DNA of 64,000 bases from Chrysomallon squamiferum (GCA_012295275.1 CM022673.1:29202001-29266000), one strand, 5' to 3'; shown: positions 27,026 to 41,076, counted from the first letter of the stretch. Numbers and translations: made by a program. Notes: generated by a model not told the origin, from the sequence alone.

Positions 27026-27589
27026 CACTGCCTGTGTTGCTGCTGTAGGTACTAGTTCTATCGCTGTTGCTTCTGCTCTTCCTCCTACAACTACTATAAC
27101 CACTACTACTTCTACTACTACTATTACGCGACTACTTGGACTACTACAGCTACTGCGTCAGCTATTATTTCTACTGCAACAACTACTGTTGCTAGAGCTA
27201 CTGCTACTGCTGTTGTTGCTACTACTACAACCAGTAGCTGTCACAGTAGTAGTAATAGAAGCATTAAGAATAGTTTATTTGTTGTTTCTGTAAGAATAAT
27301 AGTAAGCGGCAGTATTAGTAATACTGTAGTTATCAACAGTAATTGTTGTAGTAACAGTAGTATCAGTAGCTGTAGTAGCCGTAGTAGATTTTATTTTATG
27401 TTATATTTTTGTTATTTTTTGTTTTGTTATTTTTTTTTTGTTTGTTTGTTTTTGTTTTTTTGTTGTTGTTTTTTTGTTTCAGGGTTATGTTAACTACGCT
27501 GTTTTAAAATGATTTAAGATAATAAAATGCATGATATTATTTGAATGATCAATTTTAACTTTAATACATTTTTAAGTAATATATTTTAA

Positions 27590-28018
27590 ATCGAATTCTA
27601 TTTTCATATTGTTGAATTTTGATATTAAGAAAAAGGAAACTCGCTTTCGCTTTATAAGGAATTACAGGAGATGGCTTTAACAAAATGCTTCTTTCCAAAG
27701 ACAGAGCAAGACATCCCAAGACCTCTGGTTATGGAATTTAAAGAAATGAAATGTAATACACCAAACAACAAAACCATTCCAAAAATATTTGCAGAGGAAC
27801 TCGTCGATTGGTTATTATATACCCCGATTCTGTATAAATATAAAAATAATCTGAAGAGAAGTTCTAAAATCCAGGAAAACCTTTGACACAAATGGATTGC
27901 ATAAACCCTTTGTAAACAGAAAGTCATTACTTAATTACTTGGTAAATGAAGATGATCTTTTGATAGTGAGCCAGAAGAGTGCATCAGAACAGATCAGCCC
28001 AATCATTTTGTTTGCTGA
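27590..28018 (+). pseudogene. Frameshifted protein-coding relic, possibly a Polinton/Maverick accessory ORF
   Basis: Three frame segments join into SLSLYKELQEMALTKCFFPKTEQDIPRPLVMEFKEMKCNTPNNKTIPKIFAEELVDWLLYTPILYKYKNNLKR/EVLKSRKTFDTNGLHKPFVNRKSLLNYLVNEDDL/FDSEPEECIRTDQPNHFVC*, with shifts near 27857 and 27958. The composition is protein-like. The family assignment is from recollection only. Confidence 0.5.
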
Positions 28019-30254
28019 TACATCAGTTACACTGAATCAATACCGTTATTATCATCATTATTTTAAAATGTAAATCCAGTCATTTGTACACTGACACTTC
28101 GATTACGCCAAAACAAACACGGTTATTATTACTTAAAAATACCGCTCCAGTTGCTTGCTTTGTAAGCTACTTCGATAATGCCTAGACTAGTTTTTAAATT
28201 ATACCAGCCCGGTTATTTGTTTTTGGTTTATATATTTAGGCTACGTCGATTATGCCAAGACCAATATTTTTGTTATTATTATTTAAAGATACCAGCCCTA
28301 ATTATTTGGTTGACCTGTTTATGTAAACTGGTTCGAATAATGCCAACACAAATAGCGGTATTGTTGTTATTATCAGTATCAGCCCAGTCAGACTATGATT
28401 ATGTTTCGTATAAACGTAGAGCAATGTTGTTGATATTATTTGAAAATATTTCTTAAATTCTAGTATTCTTTACCTACGCATTGTTATAAAAAATAGAGTT
28501 AAATATATCTTAGTCTGAGGATCTTTTCACGTATTTCGGGCACAAACTGTGTACAGTTCAGTGTATAAATGATCAGACATACTCCGTGTTTTCCGGCTAT
28601 GAGAGAAGATGCGACGTATGTGTAAGATTATTACATTCACAATCATTTATAATAGGTGGATGAATATATAATATTACGCTAATAAACACTTTCACTAGTT
28701 TATCAGTAACGGTACTTTTACTAATTACCTTCGACATTTAAGATTAAAGATAAAGATTTTATGCTTATTTTCATCACTTTTGAGCAAAGAAAAGAAAAAT
28801 ATTTATTATTAATGAAATACAGTCGATATGCAATACAAAAAAAAAAAATTAGTATTTATTAACTCTTAATAGATATTTATTGATAACTGGTATCGTTAAC
28901 TGTCGCTTCGTGATAAATTTCCATAACACAGAAAACTGTTCCGTGCCACAGATGAAGATCCGCGACACATATGTTCCATTAAGTTTAATGCGTTTTTACC
29001 TTTGTGTTTTGTCTTTATTTTTATTTAATGGTTCATTCAAAGCACCGTTCTAATCACTCTTTACTTGCACATAATATATCCACAACAAGCTTTGTAAACA
29101 TCGTTTAACTTTTAACAGAAATGGCTCTGCTGGCGAATATTTGGTTATCCGCGTGTCAGGTAATGAACGTTGCTGTGCCTGCGCGCGGCTGTCGAGTCAC
29201 TTTGACAACATGAACGCATTTCAGAAAAGCTTTAAGTTCTATTTTCAACGCGCTTAATGTAATGTAATCAATGGACTAAAAGTGTAATTCTCCTCTAGCG
29301 GTGAAGGAAATTTGAAACTAGCACGTAGCAAAGGTGCGGTAATAGTGTTGTCGTGGTTGGCATTGTTTCTGAAACTGTTGTTGTTGTCTTTCTTCTTCCT
29401 CTTATTTTTCAATAACGTTATTGTTGTTGTTGCTGCAGCTGCTGCTATTTTTCGTGTTGCTTTTATTATTATTATTATTATTAAAACGGGCAGATTATGT
29501 AATTCATCATTATATCCTTCTTGGCCAGGCATTTCTAACATAACTGCATGATGATCGGAAGACAATATATTTTAATTTCAGTGATTTTCTATATAAAAAA
29601 AACACACCAAAAGAAATTACAAATATTCCCAAAAGAAACAAAAGAAACCATTACGTTTGTTTTGCAACAGTAATTATTATTCCACGAATACAAACAAACA
29701 ACACAAAATGTATACATCAGCTGCATAGTTTATTCGTTCTCTGTGAAAAGTGACATCTCATTCACTTAACCACGGCGGCTTTAAAGACGACGTTGTCGAG
29801 GTTTATCTCTCGTGCTTTCTCGGGAGATTTCACTTCAAACCAGCAAACATCAAAGCAAACGGAACTCAATAAACTTAACGTCTGTATCTTTGTTTGAGTT
29901 CAGGGCTGGATCTCAAACAGTTCGTGTTGTCTGAAAATCTTTGAAAATTAGTGCGTGTAACAGACTGGGTCGTTCACACGTCGTAAAATCAAGTTGTTCC
30001 ACGATACGCCAGTGACTCGACGGAACCGGCTGCGTTTTACGTACGTAATAAACGAACTGTTTGTCACTAAAAACAGAACAACTTTTAAACGTAAACTCGT
30101 GATTAGGTATTCATGAACAAATACACAAGACAATAAACTTATTTCTTTTGCAGATTTCTAGTTAAATACATCATTAAAATGGCGACCATTGAATTTTCGA
30201 AATGATGAAATCGCTATCATACACAGGCCAGTAATTACACTAACATACACACTC

Positions 30255-30292
<38 letters not shown>

Positions 30293-31366
30293 ATTTGTTT
30301 AAGATAAGCAAATAAATAGGGATATACACACTGGGATCTACATAGCTGTTTTAAAGAATTCACTCATCGATCTTTTTCTTATGATAAAATCAAATGCGAA
30401 CACATGTAACCATACACATATATATTCACATAGGAGTATACACAATCACCCAGACAATATACATAAAGCAGTACATATACAAATACATAATAATGACAAA
30501 CACTTATAAATAATCACTTAACTACAAGCAATGAGAAACAAATTTCTGAGCGATGTTTTCGTTCGATCACAAAGACGAGATAACAACGATAACACAGTCT
30601 ACTCCGTTCAGGAACGTTAGTTTTGCTTTAATAAATTATGAACATAAATTTATTTTAAATCCACACACTGTGCGGTGGAAAGACGTGATCAGAACGTCAG
30701 ATAACTAGACTGATTTCCGCTAATTGACGACAAGCTTTCTTTTTTCCCGTTCGTTAACTAGCCCGTAATTTGTTTTCACGGCGGAATTTTACTTTAAGTA
30801 AGAGTCAACTTGGCCAGACGATTCCGTAAGATGCAATTAGCCAAGCGAGCGGCCGGTTTTAGCAATTTGAACATTTAAATTGCAAATTGAATTTTTTTTT
30901 TCCTCTCGATTTAATTACATAAAGATCGTTCGGTAATGCTGAAACAAACAAAATGTAATTATGGCATGTTTGCTTTGAGAAATAAAGGAACAATTTACTT
31001 GACAGCTCATTTTGAAAAAAAAGAAAAATGTTTTGTGGTACCAATGATCATCAAGCCGAGACAAGAAGAAAGAATATATGATGATGCTGATGTCGACAAG
31101 ACGGTAATAAATATCAATATAACCCAGAACAAGTAAACCTACTTGCTGCATTCATCTATTAAATTAAATAATTATAATTTTTTATTTGTTGACGTCAAAC
31201 GTTTATTACTTGGAATGGCATTTTTTTAAAAAAAATAAAATAAAATAAAAACATGACTTGGTTTTGTTTATTTGAAAAAATATAATTTATTTCACAATTT
31301 ATTTATAAATTAAAATTTTAAAAAGTATTGGCTGAAACAACTTATTTGAATTCTGAAATCATAACA

Positions 31367-31512
<146 letters not shown>

Positions 31513-31776
31513 GCCTCTCCTCAGACAGGTGCAAATTAATATCAGTTCTAAATTAATAATTAAAAATAAATGCTTACCTCCATTGCACATAATAATACCA
31601 CAGCTTAAATGATCCGTTTATAATAGATATTTGAGCATTAACACGTATTAATTAAAAACTTAAAACGTCTAATATCCGCATTCCTGTTAGAATCACCATT
31701 TGAGATGTTTAATCAAGCGGGTGTTGATGTCAGTGTGTTAGGAAACAGCAAGAGACAAGAGCGGTTAGTTGTCCCC

Positions 31777-32098
31777 ACACCTAACTACGTTAACGTCGAC
31801 AACCTAACACACCTAACTACGTTAACGTCGACACCTAACACACCTAACTACGTTAACGTCGACAACCTAACACAACTAACTACGTTAACGTCGACAACCT
31901 AACACAACTAACTACGTTAACGTCGACAACCTAACACACCTAACTACGTTAACGTCGACAACCTAACACAACTAACTACGTTAACGTCGACAACCTAACA
32001 CAACTAACTACGTTAACGTCGACAACCTAACACAACTAACTACGTTAACGTCGACAACCTGACACACCTAACTACGTTAACGTCGACAACCTAACTAC
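31777..32098. repeat. 32-bp minisatellite, 10 copies
   Basis: Unit ACA(C/A)CTAACTACGTTAACGTCGACAACCTAAC. GTTAAC occurs at 31789, 31821, 31852, 31884, 31916, 31948, 31980, 32012, 32044 and 32076 (one 31-bp unit). Confidence 0.97.
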
Positions 32099-32324
32099 AG
32101 TGATAGCTGAATTAAACTGTCCTGTTCATGTAAACTATAGAAACATTGTGACAGTTCAAAATTATAACCAAATTATGCGTGATCGCAAACTAAACATCCG
32201 TTCATCCGACTGTCTATCTACCTTTCTATCTGTCTGTCTGTCTGGCTAAATGTCTATCTATACGTCTGTCTGTCTGTTTATCCATCCAGTTATTCATGCA
32301 TCTCGCTGTGTAATATATCTCTAT

Positions 32325-32354
32325 CTCTTTATCTATCTATCTATCTATCTATGA

Positions 32355-32412
<58 letters not shown>

Positions 32413-32432
32413 TTATCTATCTATTTATCTAT
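32325..32432. repeat. (CTAT)n microsatellite
   Basis: Direct reading. Confidence 0.93.
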
Positions 32433-33426
32433 ACATATCTGCTTGTTGTACTAAACGATATAGAAATAACCATCGATTCATCCATCCTCTCTCTCTATGT
32501 ATCCATCTCGGTATCAGTCTATATATCTAACTAACGATCTATCACTATATGTGTCTGTCAATCAATTTACTGTACCAAATAAAACAGAAATAATGTGATT
32601 TGACTTACTGAGTGCAGCCACACCAGAATGATTTTGTAACCTGAATAGACATCACAGACTGCATGTGCACTGAATCAGTGACATTCCAGATTATTCCAAT
32701 TGAAAGATAAACAACGGTGTGCTTTGCTTTATCTGCTGAATTTAACTTAACACGTTGACGTTAATTTGAAATGCTTTATCTTACGTTAAAAACACGCTGT
32801 CTCGTTTAGAGAACTTGAAGACTGAAATCTTAGCTTGGTGATAGTCACTGGCTTGTGAAAAACCGATTCGTTGTTTAGCTAAATGATTTTTTAAGTAGTT
32901 AAAGAAGGTATATGTATGCATACACACGTGATTACACACATACATACCCACACACGAGTATACACACATACACACACACAGATACACACCTACACATCGA
33001 CATATACCTACCTACACACACATACGCAGAAGTATGTAAATATACGTTTGTACGTTTCTATGTATGTATGTTTAAGTGTGTGTAAGTAATATATTGTGTG
33101 TTTGTATATATTATCGGTTTATTTGACTTTTTAGTACTGTTATTGTTATTGTTATTGTTATGCTTTATATTTATCGTTTCGTATTGTATAAGTGTACTGC
33201 GTGGAACTCACGACTGTGCAGTAAGCTATTTAGGATTAGTGTAACGCTGATAAAATCTCGATCGACCAATCTAATGTTATCTCGTCATCGTCATTAGTTG
33301 AGTTTACTCGCGTAGCTAGATGCTTATCTCGACGTGCGCAAAAATAGTTTATAAATTATCGGTTAAATTCGTGTTTTTATTCAGGCATGGTTGAGATCTA
33401 CTGACATAATTTAAAATATTTTTCAA

Positions 33427-33670
33427 TTTTTCAAATAATAAGTATAATTGATTTGGTGTGTGTTTGTGTTGCCTTTGTTTATTTTTATGTCTGTGTGTAT
33501 TCATGTGAGGGTGAGTGACTGTATGTTTGTAAATAAGTGTGTGTATTTGTACGTATATGTGGGTGTATTTGAAGTAAGAATATCTGTTTGTTTTTTTTTC
33601 TGTTTTTTTTTTGGGGGATGGTTATAGTTCTTTTATTTTAATTTAAATTATCCTGTTTAAAATTTATTTA
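33427..33670 (+). repeat. Diverged direct duplication, copy 1 (partner 35053-35410)
   Basis: Shared collinear blocks: tttttcaaata(a/g)taagtataa(t/c)tgattt; ttcatgtga(g/a)ggtgag(t/c)gact; taagaat(a/g)tctgttt; gggggatggtta; taaaatttattta. Confidence 0.85.
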
Positions 33671-33807
33671 TTTATTATTAATTATTAGTATTACTAGTAA
33701 TAGAAGTAATAGCAGTCGTAGTAGTAATAGTAGTAGTGTCAGTTACGTTCATGTGCACTCTGCTGAAAAGTTTCTTCCATGTCTTAATTAATTAATTAAT
33801 TAATATA

Positions 33808-33846
<39 letters not shown>

Positions 33847-35052
33847 GTAAATAAATAAGTAAATAAAAAAAAAAAAAAAAAAAAAAATAAATAAATAAGA
33901 ATAAGAAGATGGTGACAATGATGCTCAAAATAAAAATTTTAAAAAAAGAAAAAGAAAAGTGAAGGAAAAATAGAAGGTTTTTTCATAATTCGATATACGA
34001 ATGCTTTTTACCTAATTCCCACTGCTGTAACAGTATTATTCATGCATTAGACAACGTCTGTTTTTTCTCGAAACAAGGATCTAGAAACATGCATGTTGTA
34101 GATACAATCAGACGACCCTTTTCTTTACTTGTCATAGCTACAGAGATTGTATTATCCAGACGTATAAAGAAAATGAATCTTACAGACGCACACGTAATTA
34201 CATTTAACTGAGATCATTTACTATTTCTATTTTAGAAAACTGTCGTCTTATCGCTGAAATTAAATGATAGAGGAAGTTCTCTAAATCGTCTGTGAGATGA
34301 TGAGGGAGCATTCAGTTCTGATGGGTTAAATGTAGCGCTAAGGAATCCACGATCTACAAAAAACAAAATCGTAGTTGGTACATCTTTTAATTCAGTCTTT
34401 CAAGAAAAAAAACCTATGAGAAAGAGAAGATTCATTTAAAAAATAAATTAATAATAGTATGTAAATAAATAAATAAATAAATGTAGACATAATTACTGTT
34501 GGATGTATTACAAATATTTCGCAACGGCTATCAACTTTATAATGAACTTTAATAATGTTCACATTGAGATTAATGGATATCTGATTAATGGAAAACTACA
34601 TGTGTTGCACCTGGGTATGAATACAGTTATTATTCCTACAACTACGTCTCAGTGTGTGACTCCTAATACGAAGTAATAATATACACCTGCTTTTCTGCGA
34701 AGCTTTTTCCTAATGCAAATTTCAAGTAATATAACTGTAATACTATAGATCTAACGTACTGGGGCACAGTCGTAATTTTACAATGAAATCCAGTGCAGCT
34801 ATTTAAAAGTTGTGATTTACCGGACTGTTCTAATAGGGAAGTGAAAAGTCCTGTTACGATTTTGTCGTTATAACATATTTTTTAATGAAATCGCGAGAGA
34901 TTTAACTCAGGTACATAAATTGAGTATAACGAAACAGTACAGAATATTTGAATGGGATATTTTTTATTTGATGTCTAATTTTCATATAGAGTGAATTCAT
35001 CTGAAATTTCACCCTGATCAATAAATTTAGTTATTATAGGCAATTAGGTACA

Positions 35053-35077
35053 TTTTTTCAAATAGTAAGTATAACTG

Positions 35078-35122
<45 letters not shown>

Positions 35123-35177
35123 TTGTTTATTTTGTTTTGTGTCTGTGTTCATGTGAAGGTGAGCGACTTTATGTCTG

Positions 35178-35212
<35 letters not shown>

Positions 35213-35410
35213 AATATGTACATGTGAATATGTATGTATAATGCATGCATATGTAGGTGTGTTTGTATGTACGTGTGTGTATGTGGGTTTGTTTGACATT
35301 AAGAATGTCTGTTTATTTTTTTTTTTTTTCGGGGGATGGTTACAGGTCCTTCATTTTTATTTTATTCACTCATTTTTAAAATAAAAAATTAACTTAAAAT
35401 TTATTTAAAT
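35053..35410 (+). repeat. Diverged direct duplication, copy 2 (partner 33427-33670)
   Basis: Same collinear blocks, lengthened by expanded (GT)n and (AT)n tracts. Confidence 0.85.
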
Positions 35411-36299
35411 TACATCAAAGATACAGTTACTTTTATGTTTATATAAAATTATGAGATCATAGATATATTTTTTTTTTTAATTCATTATGCTAATCATATT
35501 AGTTACTTTCGTATGAATCATATCACAGGAATGCATCACAACGTTTCATAAACTGAACATGAGATACTGGCTGGATCGGGAAATCAGCCAGACATCGCAG
35601 CGAGCAAGAACCGTTCTTTAAGACGACCAAATCACCAGTGTAATCCGTGTTTGTTCACTCTGCTCATAATTAATGCATAGGTTTTCCGTTTTTGTTTTTT
35701 TCTTTACTCAGTTTTACTGACTTCATTCATTTTTTTTTTAAAACTCTGTTTGCACGGATAATCGCTGTACTCTATCGATCTACCCACGTGGGACTTGGAT
35801 GACGATGGTGGCAAAACGGACAACGACCACCTCAGACAAACGTTTAACCATCTCGTGTGTGTGTTTGGCCTTGTTAACTCAAGAGGCATTAATCAGCTGA
35901 AGCTGTTTCTCTCCGAGCTGGACGAAGTCTCCAGAGAACAAACAATGCGTATATTTAAGAAAGAAGTAATGCCGAGATTCCAGTCAACACGGTGCACTGC
36001 AAAGCTTGTTGTAATCTCTCTGTTTTATTTCGGGTACAGTTTCAAGTGCTGTGATTATTTTTCTAAATTAAGTCACCGACTTGTAGATTACGTAATTTTG
36101 TGAAAATACCGTCCTGATAACCGTTAATTGTTGGTTGTTTATTACTCTGTGTTTTAGATTTAGAAGTTTGAGGGATACGCAGTTGAAGAACAGTTGGGAG
36201 TTCTTTGTTATTCTGATGGGATTTTTAAAATATTTATTGATTTATTTTATTAAAATTACCATTATTATTATTATTATCATTATCATTATTATATCAGTA

Positions 36300-36390
36300 T
36301 GAGAAGTGAATTTCCATTCATTATTGAGGATTGATCCTGCAGAAGTCCATCAAGCCACATTCCAATGCTCTACTCACAAAGCTAAATCAT
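36300..36390 (-). mobile_element. Decayed SINE tRNA-like head
   Basis: gaggattgatcctgcag...ccatc...aatgctctactcacaaagctaaatc resembles the reverse complement of a SINE head; compare gattgatcctgc at ~57209. Confidence 0.4.
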
Positions 36391-38417
36391 TGTTTCAAAA
36401 TACATTTTAATAACAGTAACCTAAATCAGTATGAACGATAAAAACGATTCCCTTCAATCAGTATCGATATCCATTAGTTATAAAAAGAAATGAAGGAATG
36501 TGATATGGAAACTGACACCAGTAGATGTTACAGCGTATGGCCTAATTTGTTTCGAATAAAGCGCTGAATCCGAATCCGCATTATTGGTTGAGTGATGTAA
36601 TTTGCCATATTGTATCTTGAAAGAATAATCAATGATGCTCATTTACGAATTATGCCTCATTAACGTGCCAATTTTGCACGGGGAATGACAGACCAGAGAA
36701 AGTTCACACGAAAGTTCCCTATTTCTGGGATGGTGAATGACTAGGAGGGGGTTAGACGAAGAAAGAAATTTGTTTTTAACCAAATTACTGTATCAGGGCT
36801 CGTTACTTTAAAAATGGTGGTGTTTTTCGTATCAGTGATGGACAGAAATGGATAGAAGGGGAATTTACTTTCTGGCCATTTCTCTCTGTCGGTGTTTGTG
36901 AAGATCAAATTTACTCAGTAACTGTGTTTGATGTAGTCAGATTACTGTGTGCCTTTCTTCGCAATTTCACTGTTTGTCGTAAGCCAGTTTCCTGTATCAG
37001 TATTTGAAGAGAGTTTATTTTAAGTATAAGTAAGTTTGCTATTAGGCATTGTTAAAAATGAATGCAGGATAATGCGTAATCTTTTTTTAAATTTATGGCT
37101 GCATGTTAAGAAAAAGTCGAGGTGACACGGGATGCTGCTGAAGGCTGCAGAGGTTGACTGATAGGAGTATTAAACTCCATTCACTGCAGTAGTCCCCTGG
37201 GTTATTCATATTTACAAATCTACACCATACACAGACTGTACGTCTTAAAAGCCTGGAACCATAAAAAGCTTTCAAACACAGCAGTTGAAGAGATGGTAAC
37301 AGGTTTGGTTTTCACAAGAATAACTGTCCAAGTAAACTTTAGCATCCTGTTAATGATTTAAATTTACTCCAAATGCAGCAATCAGCTTAAAGATTTTCTT
37401 CCATTTGAATAGTTCAGTTATAACGTTAGAGCTAATAAGTAGTTTAGCAACATTCTTGGCTTCGTAAGCTTTTTGTTGTTGTTGTTTTGTTTCTGTTTCA
37501 TTTATTTGTTTGTGTATTTGTTTATTTTTTTTTTCTTTCATTTAATTTTTATTATTATTATTTTTTATTTTTTTATTTATTTTATGCTGGGAAGTTAATA
37601 ATAAATATACTAGAACTGCTGAAGCTATACACTGTTAAGTCTGTTCCACGATGTCTTTGTGTACCTATTTATATACCTTGTGAGTTTGTAGACAATTAAC
37701 CTGGCTACTAACAGGCAGAAAATTTAATAATCATAAATATATATAACGGGCAATGCAGCGCATATCTAAAACACTCGCAAATAAAAACAAACGAAAATTT
37801 ATTACTATTAAACAAACATTCTTAAAACCTTTTTTTTTTTTTAATTTCATTTTAAAGCAGCAATTAACTTCAATAGATTTTCTTATTTGCAAACACTGAT
37901 TGACACACACTCGTCAGACGCTAGGCAGAGACGTAATGGTTTATTTGAACCTTGTGTCGTAATTAAATTTTATTCGGCGCCCCAGTCTTTATTTGTGAAA
38001 AACGTTAAGCACGGATACAGCCGGAAATAATCAGAAACAGATGCCGTAAATCATTTCTGTAGTACTTCTTAGTTAAACAAGACGTAAAAACCAAAAATGT
38101 ACTTAATAGTCCGCGTCTGTTCGTCCTGGAGCAAGTTAATGCAAGATGGACACCTGCCGTCAATTCATCTTTTCGATATGGTTGTTTACCTGCGACTACA
38201 CTTAACTCCAAGATCCTCGGGGACAAGCTATAAATTGGTTAATGGTTTATTTATGTAAGGAAAACATTCGATAAAAGTTCAAACTTCTAGAAAAATTAAG
38301 TAATTAATTATTAATATGTTTTTTAAAAATTGAAAAAAAAAATGAAAAGCAATAACAGTAATAACAGCAAAATAATTAAATGTTAAAGAAATAAATGAAA
38401 AGAAAAAAAAAAATATA

Positions 38418-38871
38418 CAGTTATACACCTGACTTACGAGTGCCCCAACTAACGAGTTGTTTTGAGTTACGAGCAGTTTCCCAGTCATGATTTTGCTTTG
38501 AGTTGCGAGCCAAAATCCGAGTTACGAGCTAGCTTCAGATACGCCGTCGCTAGTTGGTACAACGAACAACATAACATCCGCCGAGCACCCCGCATCTCAC
38601 TTATTTGCTTCACCTGGTTACCTCGCCGTGGATGCATCTCAGATGAGTTGTGCTCTTTTCATTCTCTTTTATTTTGTTTTTAGAAATACATTTTTTTTTT
38701 TTTTTGTTATTTGAAAAAAGTTACAAAAATCGGGGTGGTTTTGGGGGCAGGAACGGTTTAATGATATTTCAGTTAATTTCAGTTTGGAAAAATGATTTGA
38801 CATTCGAGCAAATTGAATTACGAGCTCGGTCACGGAAAGAATTAAACTCGTAAGTGAAGATACGAATACTG
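38418..38871. mobile_element. Non-autonomous Tc1/mariner (Tigger-type) MITE
   Basis: Starts TA|CAGTTATACACCTGACTTACGAG and ends CTCGTAAGTGAAGATACGAATACTG|TA: imperfect TIRs, TA on both sides, repeated (T)TACGAG subterminal motifs, no ORF. Confidence 0.8.
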
Positions 38872-41073
38872 TACTGCTGAGCCATACACGACTGTTGTAA
38901 CGACAATGTAAACAGACGACGCACGGTAAAACCCTTGACGTAATAACTACAAAATCGGAAATAGATTTTACAGTTTATTTATTTATTTCTTATAAATAAA
39001 ATATTGTCTGGTTATTAAATTATTATAATTTAATTTTATAAACAGTTTCGAGATTAATCAGCTCAAACAAACGCGCTCATGCGAATGCGTAATTGTACGC
39101 ACGAAGGCACGTGAGAAAATTAAAATATGATGTAACAAGACGTTACATATTTAGATCAGGTATTTTACAAATAATTTCACAAAACAATGATTCCGAGCTT
39201 TTGAACTGAAAAATATTACTGCTCAGTAAATCTGTATTGTACATTAATTACTTATTAGGACAAAATAAACAAATAACGAACCAGATAATAATTACCTGCT
39301 TTGGAAATATATTTGTAATTTGTTTTTTTTTTTTTTTTTATTATTATTTTTGTTGTTGTTTTTGTTGTTGTTGTTGTTTCTGGGGGTTTTTTTGTTCCAG
39401 TATGTAAATGATTTATATTCTAAATTATGGTTTTACAAACATTCATACATACATACATAGGTACATACAACATACATACAGACATACACATTCAAACATA
39501 CATATATAGGCAAACACAGTAAAAACTGATGATTAATATCTAGTTCATATTTATTCATTCAAATATTCATTCATATAGTCTTTCTTTCTTTCGCTGTTTC
39601 TTCCAATCATCGTTCATTCAACAATCATTTTTTTCATTCAGTCATTCATTCATTCGTTCATTCATTCATTCCTCCATTTATCAATAACTCGTTCGTTATT
39701 CTTTAATAATAATAAAGTTATACGTATACGTGTATAGGGAAATAAAAGGCGCCTGTGCACTAAATTTAAACCCGGAACGAAAGTGTATCTTACGCTTTGC
39801 TGAAATTTGTTATTTCCAGTCATTTCCTGTTCGCTTCCGGATCCCACGCATTCTGCTAATCAGAAATTCGTAATCTCAGCTTAGTGCAGTTCCAGCATGA
39901 TTCTCACTTGACCAGTATTCACAGGTTCAATACCAATAGAGCGGTTTTTTCTTTAAACTTTTTTATTTTTATTATTTAAGTGCATGACCGCTGCGGATTT
40001 GAATCGTTTTATATGAGAGAGTTTTCAGATTTCACTTTCGGGATCGTTAAGTAAATATCAAAGAAAACTAATACAGGTTCATTCGCGATTTCAGAAAAGG
40101 GAGATTCTATTAAATGCGGTTGAATGTAACTTTAAAGGTAAAAATCTTCTTTTTTTTAAAAAAAAAAAAAAAAAAAATTAAAAATTAAAAACTGACGAAA
40201 AGACCTTCGGATTTGAACATGATTAATTAATTACATAAAATGAAAAATATATATATATGACAAAATATTAATTTAATTAAATGATAAAATAAAATAAAAC
40301 AGCAGGCAACTTCTTTATTTTTCTTTCCCTTCTTCTTCTTCTTCTTCTTCTTCTTCTTCTTCTTCTTCTTCTTCTTCTTCTAATCTTTTTTTGTTCTTTT
40401 TGTCTTTTTGTCTTTTTCCTTTTTTTTTCATCCTTATTCTATTTTTTTTTTTTTTTAAATCATTCTGTTTTTTCTTTGCTTGAGTTGCTATTGCTGCTCT
40501 CTACAACGAATTAACTCAATTAGGTCATAATCAGACTTGCGTCCTTTTGACAACAATTAAGTAGCAATCAAAAAAAAAAAAACGACACATTTTTCCACAA
40601 CCATCATACTTGAAACAATACTTATCGTCATAACTCTTCTTTTTTCTCTCTCTCTCAAACTGCTTTTGTCTACTTGTAGACGACGACAACACATTTGATT
40701 TTTGCATTCAAAGAGAAGCAGCAGAGAAAGCCGGCAAAACGCATCAAGACCTGTACAACGCGCCTACTGCGTTAACGACGTTTTTTTGTTTTAAATGGGT
40801 AATATTGACGCGTGCGCTAAGTCAGAGGTGCGCCAAGTATCATTAACTAATGAACATGTGCAACCTGAATTTATCCCAGGAGCATTTCGTTAAAATATCA
40901 CCATAGATTTAATAGGTAAACATGTAGTGGTTTGTTTTGTTGGGATTTTTGTTTTTGTTGATTTTTTTTATGTTGTGTGTCGGAGAATACAGATTGAAAG
41001 CATGCGTCGGTGAAAAGCAAACTTATTTCAAGATTTGAAAATCTGTTTGATTGAGATGATATATTGATGTTAG

Positions 41074-41076
<3 letters not shown>

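Noticed and set aside
30936-31136. 66-aa ORF with a protein-like tail (EERIYDDADVDKTVINI)
   Set aside because: Short, no recognisable family and no convincing splice sites; a homology search is needed to rescue it.
31777-32098. CRISPR-like 32-bp palindromic repeats
   Set aside because: Units are head-to-tail without unique spacers, there are no cas genes, and the context is eukaryotic.
35795-36103. 102-aa ORF MDDDGGKTDNDHLRQ...
   Set aside because: Non-ATG start, no recognisable domain and no exon boundaries; more like a GC-richer non-coding block.
37040-37470. CpG-poor stretch that looks like decayed coding sequence
   Set aside because: The frames I translated contain multiple stops and no recognisable motifs.
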